From positions 13,250,283-13,314,282 of the forward strand of contig NC_069008.1 in NCBI RefSeq assembly GCF_001194135.2: 64,000 nt of DNA, read 5' to 3'. The DNA comes from Octopus bimaculoides. Taxonomy: Eukaryota. The translations under genes were made by a program, and so were the position numbers. The notes beneath the pieces were generated by a model. That model was not told the DNA's origin, searched no databases, and was given only the letters and a program-made list of their open reading frames with translations. Below, piece after piece: positions 1 through 12,333 of this stretch (positions are counted from its first letter, which is position 1; the number at the start of each line of letters is the position of its first letter).

Positions 1-244
1 CACCCTATCTGCTTAGGAGGTCTGATGAATACCCTCCCTGGACAGAAACAGCAATCTGTGGCGGAGTTACCCCTTTACAGCCGAACGGATTGAAGCAACG
101 TGGGCACTATCATGCTATTAGCTGTCAGAAGTGACCGCAACGTGAAATGAAATGTTTTGCTCAACAGCACTACGAATTGCCCTGTAAGGGAATCGAAAAC
201 ACGATTTTCCGATCGTGGGTATAACTTTCTAACCACTAGACTAC
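1..244 (-). mobile_element. tRNA-derived SINE fragment (same family as 44495-44974)
   Basis: Reverse complement begins CGTAGTCTAGTGGTTAG (A box) ... TTCGATTCCC (B box), then GTGCTGTTGAGCAAAACATTTCATTTCACGTTGC, resembling the 44.5-kb element. Confidence 0.5.
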
Positions 245-369
245 GCAGTTTCACTGATTGTACATATGAATGTGACAGATTAAAAAGAAGCTGCTCTAGC
301 TGAAATCGATTGGTAAACGTTCACTTTTAATCGCCAGATTTCGGCTTTAGTCAGCTATAAATGTAGGCA

Positions 370-606
370 AGAAGGCAGCGAGCTGGCAGAGTGGTTAGCA
401 CGTCGGGCGAAATGCTCAGCGGTATTTCATCTTCCGTTACGTTCTGAGTTCAATTTCCGCCGAGGTCGACTTTGCCTTTCATCCTTTCGGGGTCGATAAA
501 TTAAGTACCAGTTACGCACTGGGATCGGTGTAGTCGACTTAATCCCTTTGTCTGTCCTTGTTTGTCCCCTCTATGTTTAGTCCTTTGTGGGTAATAAATA
601 AATAAG
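370..606 (+). mobile_element. tRNA-derived SINE, family B (GAAGGCAGCGAGCTGGCAGA head), full length
   Basis: A/B boxes; body GAGGTCGACTTTGCCTTTCATCCTTTCGGGGTCGATAAA recurs many times in the window; 12-bp TSD TAAATGTAGGCA at 358-369 and 607-618. Confidence 0.85.
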
Positions 607-743
607 TAAATGTAGGCAGGCGTCCTATATAATTAATAGGAATGCTTAAAGTTAGTTCTTCTGAATGGAGTGCAAGCCGGTCACTAACGAAATGGGAAGT
701 AACATTCTGAGCTAAGACAGTTCCCGGAGTTTGTAAATATGTG

Positions 744-1038
744 GTTGTGAGTGTTTATTGAGCGAAAACACCTAAAGCTCCACGAGGCTCCGGTAGGGGA
801 TGGTGGTGAACCCTGCTGTACTCTTTCACCACAATTTTCTCTCACTCTTACTTCCTGTTTCTGTTGTGCCTGTAATTCAAAGGGGCCAGCCTTGTCATGC
901 TGAATATTCCCGAGAACTACGTTAAGGGTACACGTGTCTGTGGAGTGCTCAGCCACTTGCACGTTAATTTCACGAGCAGGCTGTTCCATTGATCGGATCA
1001 ACTGGAACCCTCGACATCGTAAGCGACGGAGTGCCAAC
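744..1038 (+). mobile_element. SINE family C, 5'-truncated
   Basis: Near-identical to the body of the full-length copy at 43318-43716. Confidence 0.8.
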
Positions 1039-1789
1039 ACATATTATCAGCGTGTGTGGATGTGTGGGTGCGCAGGCGTGCATGTATCTATGTATGTGTG
1101 AGTACATGTGTGTGTGTCACCCGTCACCGCTTGACAACCGGCTTTAGTTTATGTACCCTTAATCAAGCTGTACAGCAAAAAGAAAAGAAAAAAAGACCAA
1201 TATAATAAGTCCCAAGCTTTAAAAAATATAAGTCCTTGGGTTGATTTGTTTCTCAAAGCCCGTTAAACGTTCCCAGTCTAATGACTGACAGTAGGAAAAG
1301 ATAAAAGATTCCATGTTTGCATACTGTATACTTCAGCTTCAGAATTTGTTGATATTTCGATTCTATGATGAATATATGCAGCAATGAAAATTGATCCAAC
1401 AGTAATGTGTATACTGTTTCTCTGTTATTTCAGAAAACCAGATGAGACTGGAATTAAAGAATTTTGTTTACCTTGGATGCATCAACGATATTTGATATCT
1501 ATTAAATAACGAATGTGTATTTATACAGAACACATACAACCCTGCTTACGTAAGTTAATGGGATAATCGCTGTGAAATATTTCTGTGATTGCTTAGCCTT
1601 TACTAGTAACGTTAAGAAGTGTACAAGATTATTTTATTTTTTCTTCGAACTTTTGATGACAAAACTATTTGCAACAGTTTCAGACCAAAGTCCATAGAAC
1701 TATGGCAGAAGAAAGGCTTTGTATGGAATGAACTCAAAAGGAAAAACATTTAGTGCGGGTATAGCTGTGTAGTTAAAAAGCTTGCTCTG

Positions 1790-2125
1790 CAACTATGTAA
1801 TTTCAGGTTCAGTCCCACTGCACAGCACCTTGGGCAAGTCACTTCTACTATAGCTCTGGGTCCACAGTATCTTGTGATTAAACTTGGCAGATGAAAGCTG
1901 AGTAGAAGTCTGAAATATTGATATCTATATATGTGTGTCTTTATGTCTATATTTATTTCCCAGGGCTTGATAACTGTTGTTGGCCTGTTTCTTAAATGTA
2001 AATTTCCATTGTGGCAAAAGAAATTGATAGAATGAGTACTGGGGTCAGTCTGTTTCATAAAAACTGTGCAAAGCAGTGTCCCAGCATGGCCACACTCCAG
2101 TGACTGAAACAACTTAACAATAAAA
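1790..2125 (+). mobile_element. Degenerate CORE-like SINE (family A) upstream of ZNF ORF 1
   Basis: CACTGCACAGCACCTTGGGCAAGTCACTTCTACTATAGC core and CCAGCATGGCC...GACTGAAAC tail; corresponding remnant at about 17785-18110 in the paralog. Confidence 0.65.
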
Positions 2126-2243
2126 GTGAAAGAGACTGCGGTTAGAGAAGGAAAGTTATAGGAAATTGTGTGAGAACAACATTAATGTAAAACACCATTT
2201 AAAATGACGGATTTTACTGGTGAGATGTCTGAAGATATAGAAA

Positions 2244-3290
2244 ATGCATCAGACCAGTGATATCTGTGGAAAGTCCTTTTCCCAAAAAGGTCAGCTCAGA
2301 GTTCACAAACGTATTCATGCAGGAGAGAAACTATACCACTGTATTATATGTGGTAAATCGTTCTCTGAAAGATGTAAATTAACCAGACACAAACGAATTC
2401 ATACAGGAGAGAAACCATATCAGTGTGACATCTGTGGTAAATCATTCTATTGCAAAAATAGCCTAACTACTCACAAATACATTCATACAGGAGAGAAACC
2501 ATTTCCCTGTGACATTTGTGGTACATCATTCTCTCAAAGAGGACACTTAACTACTCACAAACGCATCCATACTGGAGAGAAACCATATGATTGTGATGTT
2601 TGTGGTAAGTCATTCTCTCAAAATGGTGATTTAACTAAACACAAACGTATTCATGCAGTTGAGAAGCCATATAACTGTACTATCTGTAGTAAGTCATTCT
2701 CTCAAAATGATCAGCTAACAGCACACAAGCGCATTCATACAGGTGAGAGGCCATGTAACTGTGATGTTTGTGGTAAATCATTCTCTCAGACTCATCACCT
2801 AACCAAACACAAGCGCATTCATACAGGGGAGAGGCCATATATTTGTGATATCTGTGGTAAATCATTCTCTCAAAATGATCACCTAACCAAGCACAAACGC
2901 ATTCATACAGGAGAGAAACCATATAACTGTGATGTCTGTGGTAAATCTTTCTCTCAAAGCCCTCATCTAACCAAACACAAACGCATTCATACAGGAGAGA
3001 AGCCATATAACTGTGATGTCTGTGGTAAATCATTCACTCAAAATCATGATTTAACTAAACACAAGCGCATTCATACAGGAGAGAAGCCATATAATTGTGA
3101 TATCTGCAACAAATCATTCTCTCATACAGCCAGCTTAACCACACATAGACGCATTCATACAGGAGAGAAGCCATATCATTGTGATATCTGTGGTAAATCC
3201 TTCTCTGTACGAATTAACCTAACCAGACACAAATACATTCACACTGGAGGGAAATCATATCACAAAGCATCTACAAGTCCTAAAGTTTGA
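2244..3290 (+). CDS. C2H2 zinc-finger protein, 11 intact fingers plus 1 degenerate N-terminal finger, no KRAB
   Basis: Repeating CxxC...HxxxH with TGEKP linkers; putative acceptor TTATTTCAG at 1433 and AATAAA at 3659; homologous start ATG at 2204 is out of frame. Confidence 0.85.
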   Translation: MHQTSDICGKSFSQKGQLRVHKRIHAGEKLYHCIICGKSFSERCKLTRHKRIHTGEKPYQCDICGKSFYCKNSLTTHKYIHTGEKPFPCDICGTSFSQRGHLTTHKRIHTGEKPYDCDVCGKSFSQNGDLTKHKRIHAVEKPYNCTICSKSFSQNDQLTAHKRIHTGERPCNCDVCGKSFSQTHHLTKHKRIHTGERPYICDICGKSFSQNDHLTKHKRIHTGEKPYNCDVCGKSFSQSPHLTKHKRIHTGEKPYNCDVCGKSFTQNHDLTKHKRIHTGEKPYNCDICNKSFSHTASLTTHRRIHTGEKPYHCDICGKSFSVRINLTRHKYIHTGGKSYHKASTSPKV

Positions 3291-3787
3291 ACATTGAAGT
3301 AGTGCTTGCATAGACATAATTGCACAGTTCTTAGCAAGCTTGCTTGCTATGCTGTCTTGGGTAAACATTTCTGGAATTAATTTGCTTCTGGCTGATGTGA
3401 AAAAGGCAAATGAAGAAACACCCAGATAAATTTGTAGCACATAGACATATGCATGTGCTTTGTGAATGTGAACATTAGAGAATCAACAGAATGAAATGTT
3501 ACCTTCCAGTAGGGAAATTAACCTCCCTGTCCTGCAACTTGTATTGTGTAGTTACTATATTTCATACATTTGACATAGTCCAATGCATAGAGATATATGA
3601 ATAATAGTAAATAACATATGATGGATGATGTAATAACAGTAATGTAATCCAGAATCACAATAAAAGACATTACATATTATATTGTTTTATCACATGCTCT
3701 GAGAAGAAATGGATTCCGTTTTTGACATTGACATAAACTGCTATTGAGTTGTGTACAAATATGCCAACTATATTCTCTTTGCCCTTT

Positions 3788-4041
3788 GAAAGCCTAGTGT
3801 GGTTTCTATGGTGTATGTGTTCCCCCCAGCTGGACGGGACGCCAGTCCATCGCAGCGTTACTCAAGAAACAGGAAGAAAGAGTGAGAGAAAGTTGGGGCG
3901 AAAGAGTACAACGGGTCACCACCATCCGCTGCCGGCGCCTCATAGAGCTTAGGTGTTTTCGCTCAATAAACACTCACAATGCCCGGTCTGGGAATCGGAA
4001 CTGCGAGTTCGCTGCCCTAACCACTGGGCCATTGCGCCTCC
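3788..4041 (-). mobile_element. SINE with family C tRNA head and a different 3' tail
   Basis: Head matches 43318 copy; tail CCCCCCAGCTGGACGGGACGCCAGTCCATCGCAGCG also seen at about 23690-23795. Confidence 0.7.
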
Positions 4042-4239
4042 ACATGCCAACTATATACATATTTATAATCCTCCAAGAATAGGTAGAAGTTATTTTATGC
4101 AGTAGAAATTTATACAGGGCCAGCAGACAAAATGTAACTTCTACTCTTAATTTGTTTCTCCATAACTCAGAATTGTACCAAAATGATGCAAGTTTTTCCT
4201 GATATTTCAAAAGCGAATATAAGACACTGTGAATAGGAT

Positions 4240-4581
4240 TTGTTGTTGGCAATCTGTCGCTTACGACGTCGAGGGTTCCAGTTGATCCGATCAACGGAAC
4301 AGCCTGCTCGTGAAATTAACGTCCAAGTGGCTGAGCACTCCACAGACATGTGTACCCTTAACGTAGTTCTCGGGAATATTCAGCGTGATACAGTGTGACA
4401 AGGCTGACCCTTTGAATTACAGGCACAACAGAAACAGGAAGTAAGAGTGAGAGAAAGAGTACAGCAGGGTTCACCACCATCCCCTGCCGGAGCCTCGTGG
4501 AGCTTTAGGTGTTTTCGCTCAATAAATACTCACAACGCCCGGTCTGGGAATCGAAACCGCGAGTCCGCTGCCCTCCACTGA
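4240..4581 (-). mobile_element. SINE family C
   Basis: Matches 43318-43716; TSD GAATAGGAT at 4231-4239 and 4582-4590; empty site in paralog near 20480. Confidence 0.85.
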
Positions 4582-5100
4582 GAATAGGATACACATGAAA
4601 GATTATGTATAAAACCTGAAGATGGTGAAATAATGAGTGAAGGAATCAAACGAGAACCAGCTCAGCATGACATACAGAAGGATTTTATGAGTCCCTCATT
4701 AAATCTGAAATCCAAATTTAAACCAAATGTAAAAAATAACAACAACAGCAATTAATTAAAAAAGTATAACCACTTTTATATGACATTAACTAGGAATTCA
4801 AATATCAGAGAATTGTACAAATTAGGTACATTTATCCTTGTTCATGAAGGGTGATTTCTTCCCCGCCAAAACCACTGTGTTGAATGAATCAGTAATAAAT
4901 GAGTAATAGAACATTGATCCCAGAACTGTTTCTTATTTTATTGACCCTGGAGGATTATATATATGTTTTTTTATTGACCCTTGGCAGGATTGGAACCCAG
5001 AATATAAATCAGGATGAGATACTACTTAGCATTTTGTTTGACATGCTAAAAGCTCTGACAGTTCACTGCTTTAATAGTTTATTATTATTATTATTATTAT

Positions 5101-5418
5101 TGTTCAGTGGTTTTATTTTTATAACGTGCTTTCACTTCACTACCGAGCGCAGCTCTGTGTGCCTTGGGTATGTGCTGTGGTTTGCTGTGGTGCTCTTATG
5201 GTTACTGTATTGAAAGTGTTTTGCGTAGGATGTGTGCAGTGCCCAGTAGTGCAATTTTCTGTATGTTATATATATTTGTAAGTCCTGGTGTTTTTGTTAT
5301 GTATTTGTCTGAATATTTTTTTATTATACCTAAGGTGCCTACTATGATAGGAATTGTTTCTGTTTTCAGATTCCACATTCGAGTTACCTCTATTTCCAGA
5401 TCTTTGTATTTTGAAAGT
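5101..5418 (-). mobile_element. 3' end of R4/Dong-like non-LTR retrotransposon (RLE C-terminus)
   Basis: Minus strand encodes ...RMWNLKTETIPIIVGTLGII... and NIQKIALLGTAHILRKTLSIQ*; flanked on both sides by (TAA)n. Confidence 0.75.
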
Positions 5419-5494
5419 TATTATTATTATTATTATTATTATAACAGTAATAATCTTTTTCTACTAAAGGCACTAGGCCTGAAGTTTTGTGGTG

Positions 5495-5650
5495 GGGGTG
5501 GGGCTAGTTGACTACATCAACCCCAGTGCTCAACTGATACCTATTCCATCAACCCTGAAAGGATGAAAGGCAAAGTTGACCTCAGAGGAATTTGAACTCA
5601 GAACGTAAAGCCAGACAAAATGCTGCTAAGCATTTTGTCTGATGTGCTTA
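5495..5650 (-). mobile_element. Degenerate SINE family B
   Basis: CCCTGAAAGGATGAAAGGCAAAGTTGACCTC...GAATTTGAACTCAGAACG. Confidence 0.6.
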
Positions 5651-5879
5651 GCAGGAGTGAGAGAGTGATAGATACATAGATAGGTATTGTCGTCACCATA
5701 GTAACTAACAAGTTTTGGTTGTCCCAACCCAATAGAACACAAACTTCAAAAAATTACTATCGCTAACCACTACACACATTTTTTTTCTCTCCTTGTTTCT
5801 TTCTGTAGAAGAGCATAGGCTCGAAACGTTAAAGACTTTTTCACTTCCCGAGCGTTATACTAATACATCTGTTTTGAGA

Positions 5880-7105
5880 AGCAAAACTCTTTTTCTCTGG
5901 TAGGAGAATAAATGCCAAAAGAGCTAGTATTGCTCAAGAATTCCATCTTGCATTACTTAAGTTGCTGCTTTTTGGGTTGATAGCTTGGAAGATATTACTA
6001 ACCTGGTTGCAGTTCCAATTTTGCTATACTTCCTCCTTGTTTGTGTGGATTCTTCATCGGATTTTTCAGACTCTTGATATTCAATTTCAGTCTCTTCCTA
6101 GTGAGACAGTTGCAGGGAAAGTACTTGACCAAACGCAAGCCATTGTAATTAGCCTTCATCAACCTGGAGAAAGCTTTCAACAGAGTTCCCCACTCTGTTA
6201 TATGGTGGTCTCTAAGGAAGTAGAAGGGTGGCTTGTTAGAGCTGTCCAATCCATGTATAGTGGTGCTGTCAGTAAGGTGAGAGTCGGCCATGAATAGTGA
6301 TGAATTAAGCGTACAGGTAAGGGATTACCAGGGCTCAGTTGTCAGCCCATTAATATTATATTCCTATTCATTATAATCCTCCAAGCCATGACAAAGGAAT
6401 TCAAAACTGGGTACCTGTGGGAATTTCTATACTTTGATCACCTTGCTCTTATTGAAAAATCTTTAGCAGAATTGGAGAAGAAATTTCAGGTATAGAAACA
6501 AAACCTGGAATCAAAGGGCCTTAAAGTTAACCTAGCTAAGACCAAAGTTGTTAGTAAGAAAGAAGATAAAACTCTCTCCCCATCAGGTAAATGGCCCTGC
6601 TCAATATGTAGGAAAGGAGTTGGAAGAAATTCTATTTGCTGCACCCAGTGTAAACTATGGACACATAAGAGATACAGTGGAATCACAGGTAGATTAACGC
6701 ACCTGTTTCTGTCTTCATTCCTGATCTCTCTCTCAGGCTGGGTAACCTTGTACCTCCTCTGCAGCAAGACACCTGTTTCTGCCTCTGTTTCACTATAACC
6801 TTTCATCATCTGACATAAGATCAGCTCCTCAAATTCCCCCTCCCCTCTCAAAAGATTTGTCTTGCAGGTGACTTGGTGACCCTGTCAGTGCAGGTGCCAC
6901 TTAAAAAGCATCTGGTCCACACTGTAAAGTGGTTGGTATTCAGAAGGGCATCCAGGTGTAAACAAAACCTTTCCAAAACTGACCTTACCTGTGCATGTGC
7001 CATGTAAAAAACAATAAGCCCACTCTGCTGAGTTGCTGAAGTCTGGTGCAGGCTTCTGTCAAACCGTCCCACCCATGCCAGCATGGAAGGTGAATGTTAA
7101 GTGAT
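5880..7105 (+). mobile_element. RTE-clade LINE, degenerate RT region plus 3' tail
   Basis: AVQSMYSGAVSKVRVG, QGSVVSP, GLKVNLAKTKV, KWPCSICRKGVGRNSICCTQCKLWTH; ends with CCCATGCCAGCATGGAAG...TTAAGTGATGAT tail. Confidence 0.75.
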
Positions 7106-7109
7106 GATA

Positions 7110-7650
7110 CTCTTTTACTTGTTTCAGTCATTTGATTGCAGCCATGCTGGAGCACTGCCTTTAGTCAAAGAAATCGACCCCAGGACCTGTTTCTGTCTTC
7201 ATTCCTGATACCTCTCTCTTTCTCAGGCTGGGTACCCAGTTTTGAATTCCTTTGTCATGGCCTGGAGGATTATAATGAATAGGAATATAATATTAATGGG
7301 CTGACAACTGAGCCCTGATAATCCCTTACCTGTATGCTTAATTCACCACTGTATTCATGGCCGACTCTCACCTTACTGACAGCACGACTAAGCCTAGTAC
7401 TTATTCTATCAGTCTCTTTTGTAGAACCGCTAAGTTACAGGGCCATAAACACACCACCATTGGTTGTCAAGCAATGTTGGGAGAACAAACAGATACACAC
7501 ACACACACATATATATATATATTTATATATATATACATATATACGATGGGCTTCTTTCAGTTTCTGTTTACCAAATCCACTCAAGGCTTTGGTTGACCCG
7601 AGGCTATAGTAGAAGACACTTGCCCAAGGTACCACGCAGTGAGAATGAAC
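7110..7650 (-). mobile_element. CORE-like SINE family A, interrupted at 7186-7387
   Basis: Tail TTTTACTTGTTTCAGTC...GACCCCAGGAC resumes as TAAGCCTAGTACTTATTC at about 7388; head part to 7650, duplicated at about 7749-7930 across an N gap. Confidence 0.8.
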
Positions 7651-8149
7651 AGGGAAGTGCAGCATTGATAACAAAAGATTTGTGGAGCAAATGAAGGGCT
7701 AATTTTGACTAAGTGACATATCATGCATCTGTTTGGNNNNNNNNNNNNNGCAATGTTGGGAGAACAAACAGATACACACACACACACATATATATATATA
7801 TTTATATATATATACATATATACGATGGGCTTCTTTCAGTTTCTGTTTACCAAATCCACTCAAGGCTTTGGTTGACCCGAGGCTATAGTAGAAGACACTT
7901 GCCCAAGGTACCACGCAGTGAGAATGAACAGGGAAGTGCAGCATTGATAACAAAAGATTTGTGGAGCAAATGAAGGGCTAATTTTGACTAAGTGACATAT
8001 CATGCATCTGTTTGGAAGATTCCAGGCCCTAACCTTGTCATAGAAAAGTGGGTGGGTGGGTGCAATTTTTGAATGTATCAATTGACTATTCCCCTTACCC
8101 AAAAAGTTTCAAGGTCTTGTGCCTAGAGTAGAAATAATTATATCAAGTA

Positions 8150-8560
8150 GGTGAAATAGGGTACTTCCAAAGGGTCTCTAGAGTAAGGTAATTCAATGCA
8201 GTGCAAAGCTTGGATATCAGGGAGTCTCTCCAGGTCAATCAACCACTTCTCTGCATCGAGAAGTCACAGATCCTGTATTACAGACATGTGATGAGAATGT
8301 CGTAGGAAAGAATCACAAAACAGATTCTTCAAGTCAAGACAAATGGCAAGAGACATAGGGATAGACCTAGAATGAAATGGTTGGATTATATCCATATTGT
8401 AAGTGGGTCATGGCTTAAGAAAGACACAGGGGCTTTCAATGAGGGCTGCTTCTGGTAGGATCCAATGGAAGAAGTACCTGCAGTTTCTAACCCATCAATC
8501 TTCCAGAAATGGTGGGCACCTAGAAGTAGACCATAAACAAGGTGGTTGGATAATATCCAT
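8150..8560 (+). mobile_element. RTE-type LINE ORF2 C-terminal remnants (two)
   Basis: SLDIRESLQV...IEKSQILYYRHVMRM...KQILQ...GKRHRDRPRMKWLDYI and RSRP*TRWLDNIH. Confidence 0.6.
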
Positions 8561-8799
8561 AGTCTTAATTTCATTACACTTCAGAATTGAGCTAGAAAAT
8601 CTAATGAGGGTCACTACTGATAGAACCTTATACACGAAGGGCCTAAGGATTCTACCTCCACAACACTCCAGGAAAAGTGGATGGAGATGGAAAGATGCAT
8701 CATGCTGATGATTTCTAAAATGAATGAAATAGTGCTGTACAGGACAACGTCTGACCAGAAATCTTAACTTTTTAATATGCAAAGAAAAATAAAATAAAA

Positions 8800-9165
8800 T
8801 ATAACAAGAACACTCAGAGTGCAAACCTCCACCATGGCAACACCAACGTCCTCTCAAAGAGTAACCAGAGATGATTTTTAAAATGAGAATATCTGAAATA
8901 TACTCAACTGCTCTCACAAATGAGAATACTAAAAATGAACCTGACTGCTCTCAAAAATTAAGTAGAAAAAAAATCCAAAATCCTTGTCCGGTACTGGATC
9001 GATCTCAAAATCTAATCAGTTTGTGCCAATCATGAGGCCAAACATCCCCTGAAAGCTTCATCTGAATCCATCCAGCAGGTCTTGAGATATCTTGTCCATG
9101 GACAAACAAACAAACAAACATGACTGAGAACAATACCTCTGCCTTCGCAAAGGTGGAGCTAATAA
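8800..9165 (+). mobile_element. Non-autonomous element with terminal hairpin (possible Helentron/HINE type)
   Basis: (ACAA)n followed by stem-loop CCTCTGCCTT-CGCA-AAGGTGGAG; 5' CCTCCACC complementary to the hairpin arm; second partial copy at 41255-41445. Confidence 0.45.
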
Positions 9166-9701
9166 AATAAAAACAAAATAAAATATATACATTCTATGCA
9201 TTTTGTTGTTCCTTACTGCTTAATTTCAGATTCAAATTTTAATCACACCAAATATTATGAAGATATGATTATCTGCCAGAATGCAACTCATGTATTATCA
9301 TTATGTGCATGAATTGGTAAACTGACAGAAATGGTAATGTTACAGAAAATGTTTGGTGGTATTCAGTCTGTCTTTATGTCCATAGTTCAAATTTCTGCAC
9401 ATGTTGGCTCTGATCCTTTCACCCTTTTTGGGTCATAAAAGAGTACCAGTTGAGTAACCATGTGGATGTTCAACAAGCCCCAATCTGTGCCCCTATTTTA
9501 GGCCTTGTGCCCAGAGGAAAAAGAATAGTTATTATTTCAGTATACTGTAGATTTAGAATAAGTGTACCATATCCCTGCTTGTCTCAAGGGGTAACTAAAC
9601 TATTTATCACCCAGAAAGTTTAACTGTACATTTATGAACAAAAGTGATTTTTAAACTTTTATTGTTGTTGTACGTTGCAATGGCTTTTGGAATTGATACA
9701 G

Positions 9702-10901
9702 TTAAATTTCTATGTGAGTAGATACATGTGTTGTCAAATGACCTGTTTGAAGGAATCCTTTACCACAGACAATACACACATATGGCTTCTCTCCTGTATG
9801 AATACGTTTGTGCTTATTTAAGTTACCACAATCTGAGAATGACTTACCACAGACAACACACTCATATGGCTTCTCTCCTGTATGAATACGTCTGTGCCTT
9901 ATCAAGTCAGAACTTTTACAGAATGCTTTACCACAGATGTTACACTGATATGGTTTCTCTCTTGTGTGGCTTCGTTTGTGGTAAGTTAAGCCATGATATA
10001 CAGAGAATGATTTACCACAGGTATCACAATGATATGGTGTCTCTCCTGTATGAATTCGCTTGTGGCTGGTTAATGCACTACTTACAGAGAATGATGTACC
10101 ACAGATATCACAGTGATATGGCTTCTCTCCTGTATGAGTACGTTTGTGCCTTATTAAATTAGTACTTATAGAGAATGCTTTACCACAGACGTCACACTGA
10201 TATGGTTTCTTTCTTGTGTGACTTTGTTTGTGTGAAGTTAAGCTATGATTCAGAAAGAATGATTTGCCACAGATATCACAATGGTATGGCTTTTCTTTTG
10301 TATGAATACATTTGTGTCTGGTTAATTCACTATTTTGAGAGAATGATTTACCACAGATATCACACTGATATGGTTTCTCTCCTGTATGAACATGTTTATG
10401 TATAGTTAAGCTACCCTTATCAGGGAATGATTTATCACAGATATCACAATGATATAGTGTCTCTTTTGTGTGAATGCATTTGTGTTTAATCAAGAAATCC
10501 TTTCGAGTGAATGCTTTATTACAAACATCACAATGGTATGGCTTCTCTCCTGTGTGAACGCGTTTGTGTGTAATTACTTGACCATTCCGAGAGAAGGATT
10601 GACCACAGATATCACACTGGTATGGCCTCTCTCCAGTGTGAATACGTTTGTGTGTAATTAAGTGACCATTCTGAGAGAATGATTTACCACAGATATCACA
10701 CTGATAGGGTTTCTCTCCTGTATGAATATGTTTGTGTTTAGAAAGATTACTATTATGAGAGAATGATTTACCACAGATATCACACTGATAGGGTTTCTCT
10801 CCTGTATGAATATGTTTGTGAGTAGTGAGACTTTGTTTTAGAGAGAAGGACTTTTTACAGATACCACAGTCATATGATAATTTTCTTATTCCTTTCAACA
10901 T
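9702..10901 (-). CDS. C2H2 zinc-finger protein, 14 fingers
   Basis: 14 consecutive CxxC...HxxxH units; first in-frame ATG at 10901 (ORF track uses GTG at 10919); in-frame stop at 10959-10961 upstream. Confidence 0.9.
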   Translation of the reverse strand: MLKGIRKLSYDCGICKKSFSLKQSLTTHKHIHTGEKPYQCDICGKSFSHNSNLSKHKHIHTGEKPYQCDICGKSFSQNGHLITHKRIHTGERPYQCDICGQSFSRNGQVITHKRVHTGEKPYHCDVCNKAFTRKDFLIKHKCIHTKETLYHCDICDKSFPDKGSLTIHKHVHTGEKPYQCDICGKSFSQNSELTRHKCIHTKEKPYHCDICGKSFFLNHSLTSHKQSHTRKKPYQCDVCGKAFSISTNLIRHKRTHTGEKPYHCDICGTSFSVSSALTSHKRIHTGETPYHCDTCGKSFSVYHGLTYHKRSHTREKPYQCNICGKAFCKSSDLIRHRRIHTGEKPYECVVCGKSFSDCGNLNKHKRIHTGEKPYVCIVCGKGFLQTGHLTTHVSTHIEI

Positions 10902-11775
10902 GTCTTCAAGAGAAATCACTCCTTCAAGATTCTTGAATAATTTTTCAAAGTTTTTGCATCACAATATTTAGACATTGTTCTGAATTTTGTTTGTGTATTC
11001 TATTCCTTAAAAATATTTCTGCCTTAAGGTTTCCATCAACTGTAAACATTAATATTTTGAGATTGTATAGATCTGATTTTAATTTGTCCATGTTTAGCCC
11101 TAAGTGGCAGTAAACGGTTGCATGCACGTGTGTGCCAAACTGGTCCCGTCCCCCAAAATCTCTTTTCTTAAAGGTTATTTTTATACTTATTTTCAATTTA
11201 AATAAGTACAAAAATTATAATTGTTTGTCTCTTGCACAATGAAATTTCCAATCTAATTATTGATAAGTGCCGTAAAATAATCACTTTCTTTCGATGGTGG
11301 CTGTATCCATGCAAAACCTTTTGAAACAGTAACTGATGATATCTGCTGTTCTCTAATGAAATATTAATTGATGACATCTGTTGTTAATCAGAATAGAAAT
11401 CCTGTTCTACATATTTCAGACAATGCCATTGATCTCAGTTCCAAAGAAATATTTCACAAACAGATTTATCAAAACATAATTCTATAAGATCTGGGTAATG
11501 TCTCCTTTTAGTCTTCATAAATATTGATGATCAATCTGATGGAAACAGTTCTTTCATACCAATGTTCTTCAATATTCTGAAAGTACAGAAAAACAACAGA
11601 AGATGCTGAAAATGTAAAGATAAAACAGAAGATCTTTGAGGATAATATGACATTTTTTGGTGGGGGTGGGGGTGGGGGGAGACAGTGCAACTTGCAGCAC
11701 ATAAAGCTCTAAATAACAGCAAATAAAATATTGGCCTGGAAAACAGAGAGAATTAAGCAGCAGTGTTACGATAAA

Positions 11776-12333
11776 GCAGTTGTATACTGTCAATGCAATG
11801 TGACAGTCCCAATAAGGGAATCATACTGCTGCTATTTAGCCCTAGGAAGCTGGACCGCTTCCTGTCGGCCTTGACACATTTTCTGTGTCCTTATATTTGC
11901 AATGGGGAGACAAGCACCTCCACCCAGCTCAGTGTGCATTCAGGGACATGTTTCTGAGTCATTGCGCGTCATCAGCCTCAAGTAGCAACACTAGCAGGCT
12001 GAAGATGCATGTCAAACCCTCGCAAATATATATATTCTTAGTGAAAACACATTCACTGATTACAAAAATTAGAAATGATCTAATTATAAATCTCACAGAG
12101 ACATTTTCAACCAGCTAGTGTTGCTACTTCAAGCTGATGACGCGCAATGACTCAGAAACATGTCCCTGAATGCACGCTGAGCTGGATGGGGGTGCTTGTC
12201 TCCCCCTCGCAAATATAAGGACACAGGAAATGTGTCAAGGCCGACAGAAAGCGGTCCAGCTTCCTAGGGCTAAATAGTAGCAGTATGATTCCCTTATTGG
12301 GACTATCACATTTAGTTGACAGTATACAACTGC
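11776..12333. repeat. Foldback inverted repeat, arms of about 220-240 bp
   Basis: 11776-11995 is the reverse complement of 12114-12333 with scattered substitutions; weaker match extends to about 12013/12100. Confidence 0.9.

Noticed and set aside
15-62. CTGATGA...GAAA hammerhead-like motif
   Set aside because: Stem III pairs (ACAG/CTGT), but position 17 is G, stem II is poor and no stem I partner exists.
7470-8013. About 265-bp direct duplication (7470-7736 versus 7749-8013)
   Set aside because: The copies appear identical and straddle a 12-N gap, typical of an unmerged contig overlap.
10902-11211. GTG start at 10919 or ORF 10945-11211 as an N-terminal extension of ZNF ORF 2
   Set aside because: In-frame stop at 10959-10961, the upstream ORF is in another frame, and no convincing splice sites were found.
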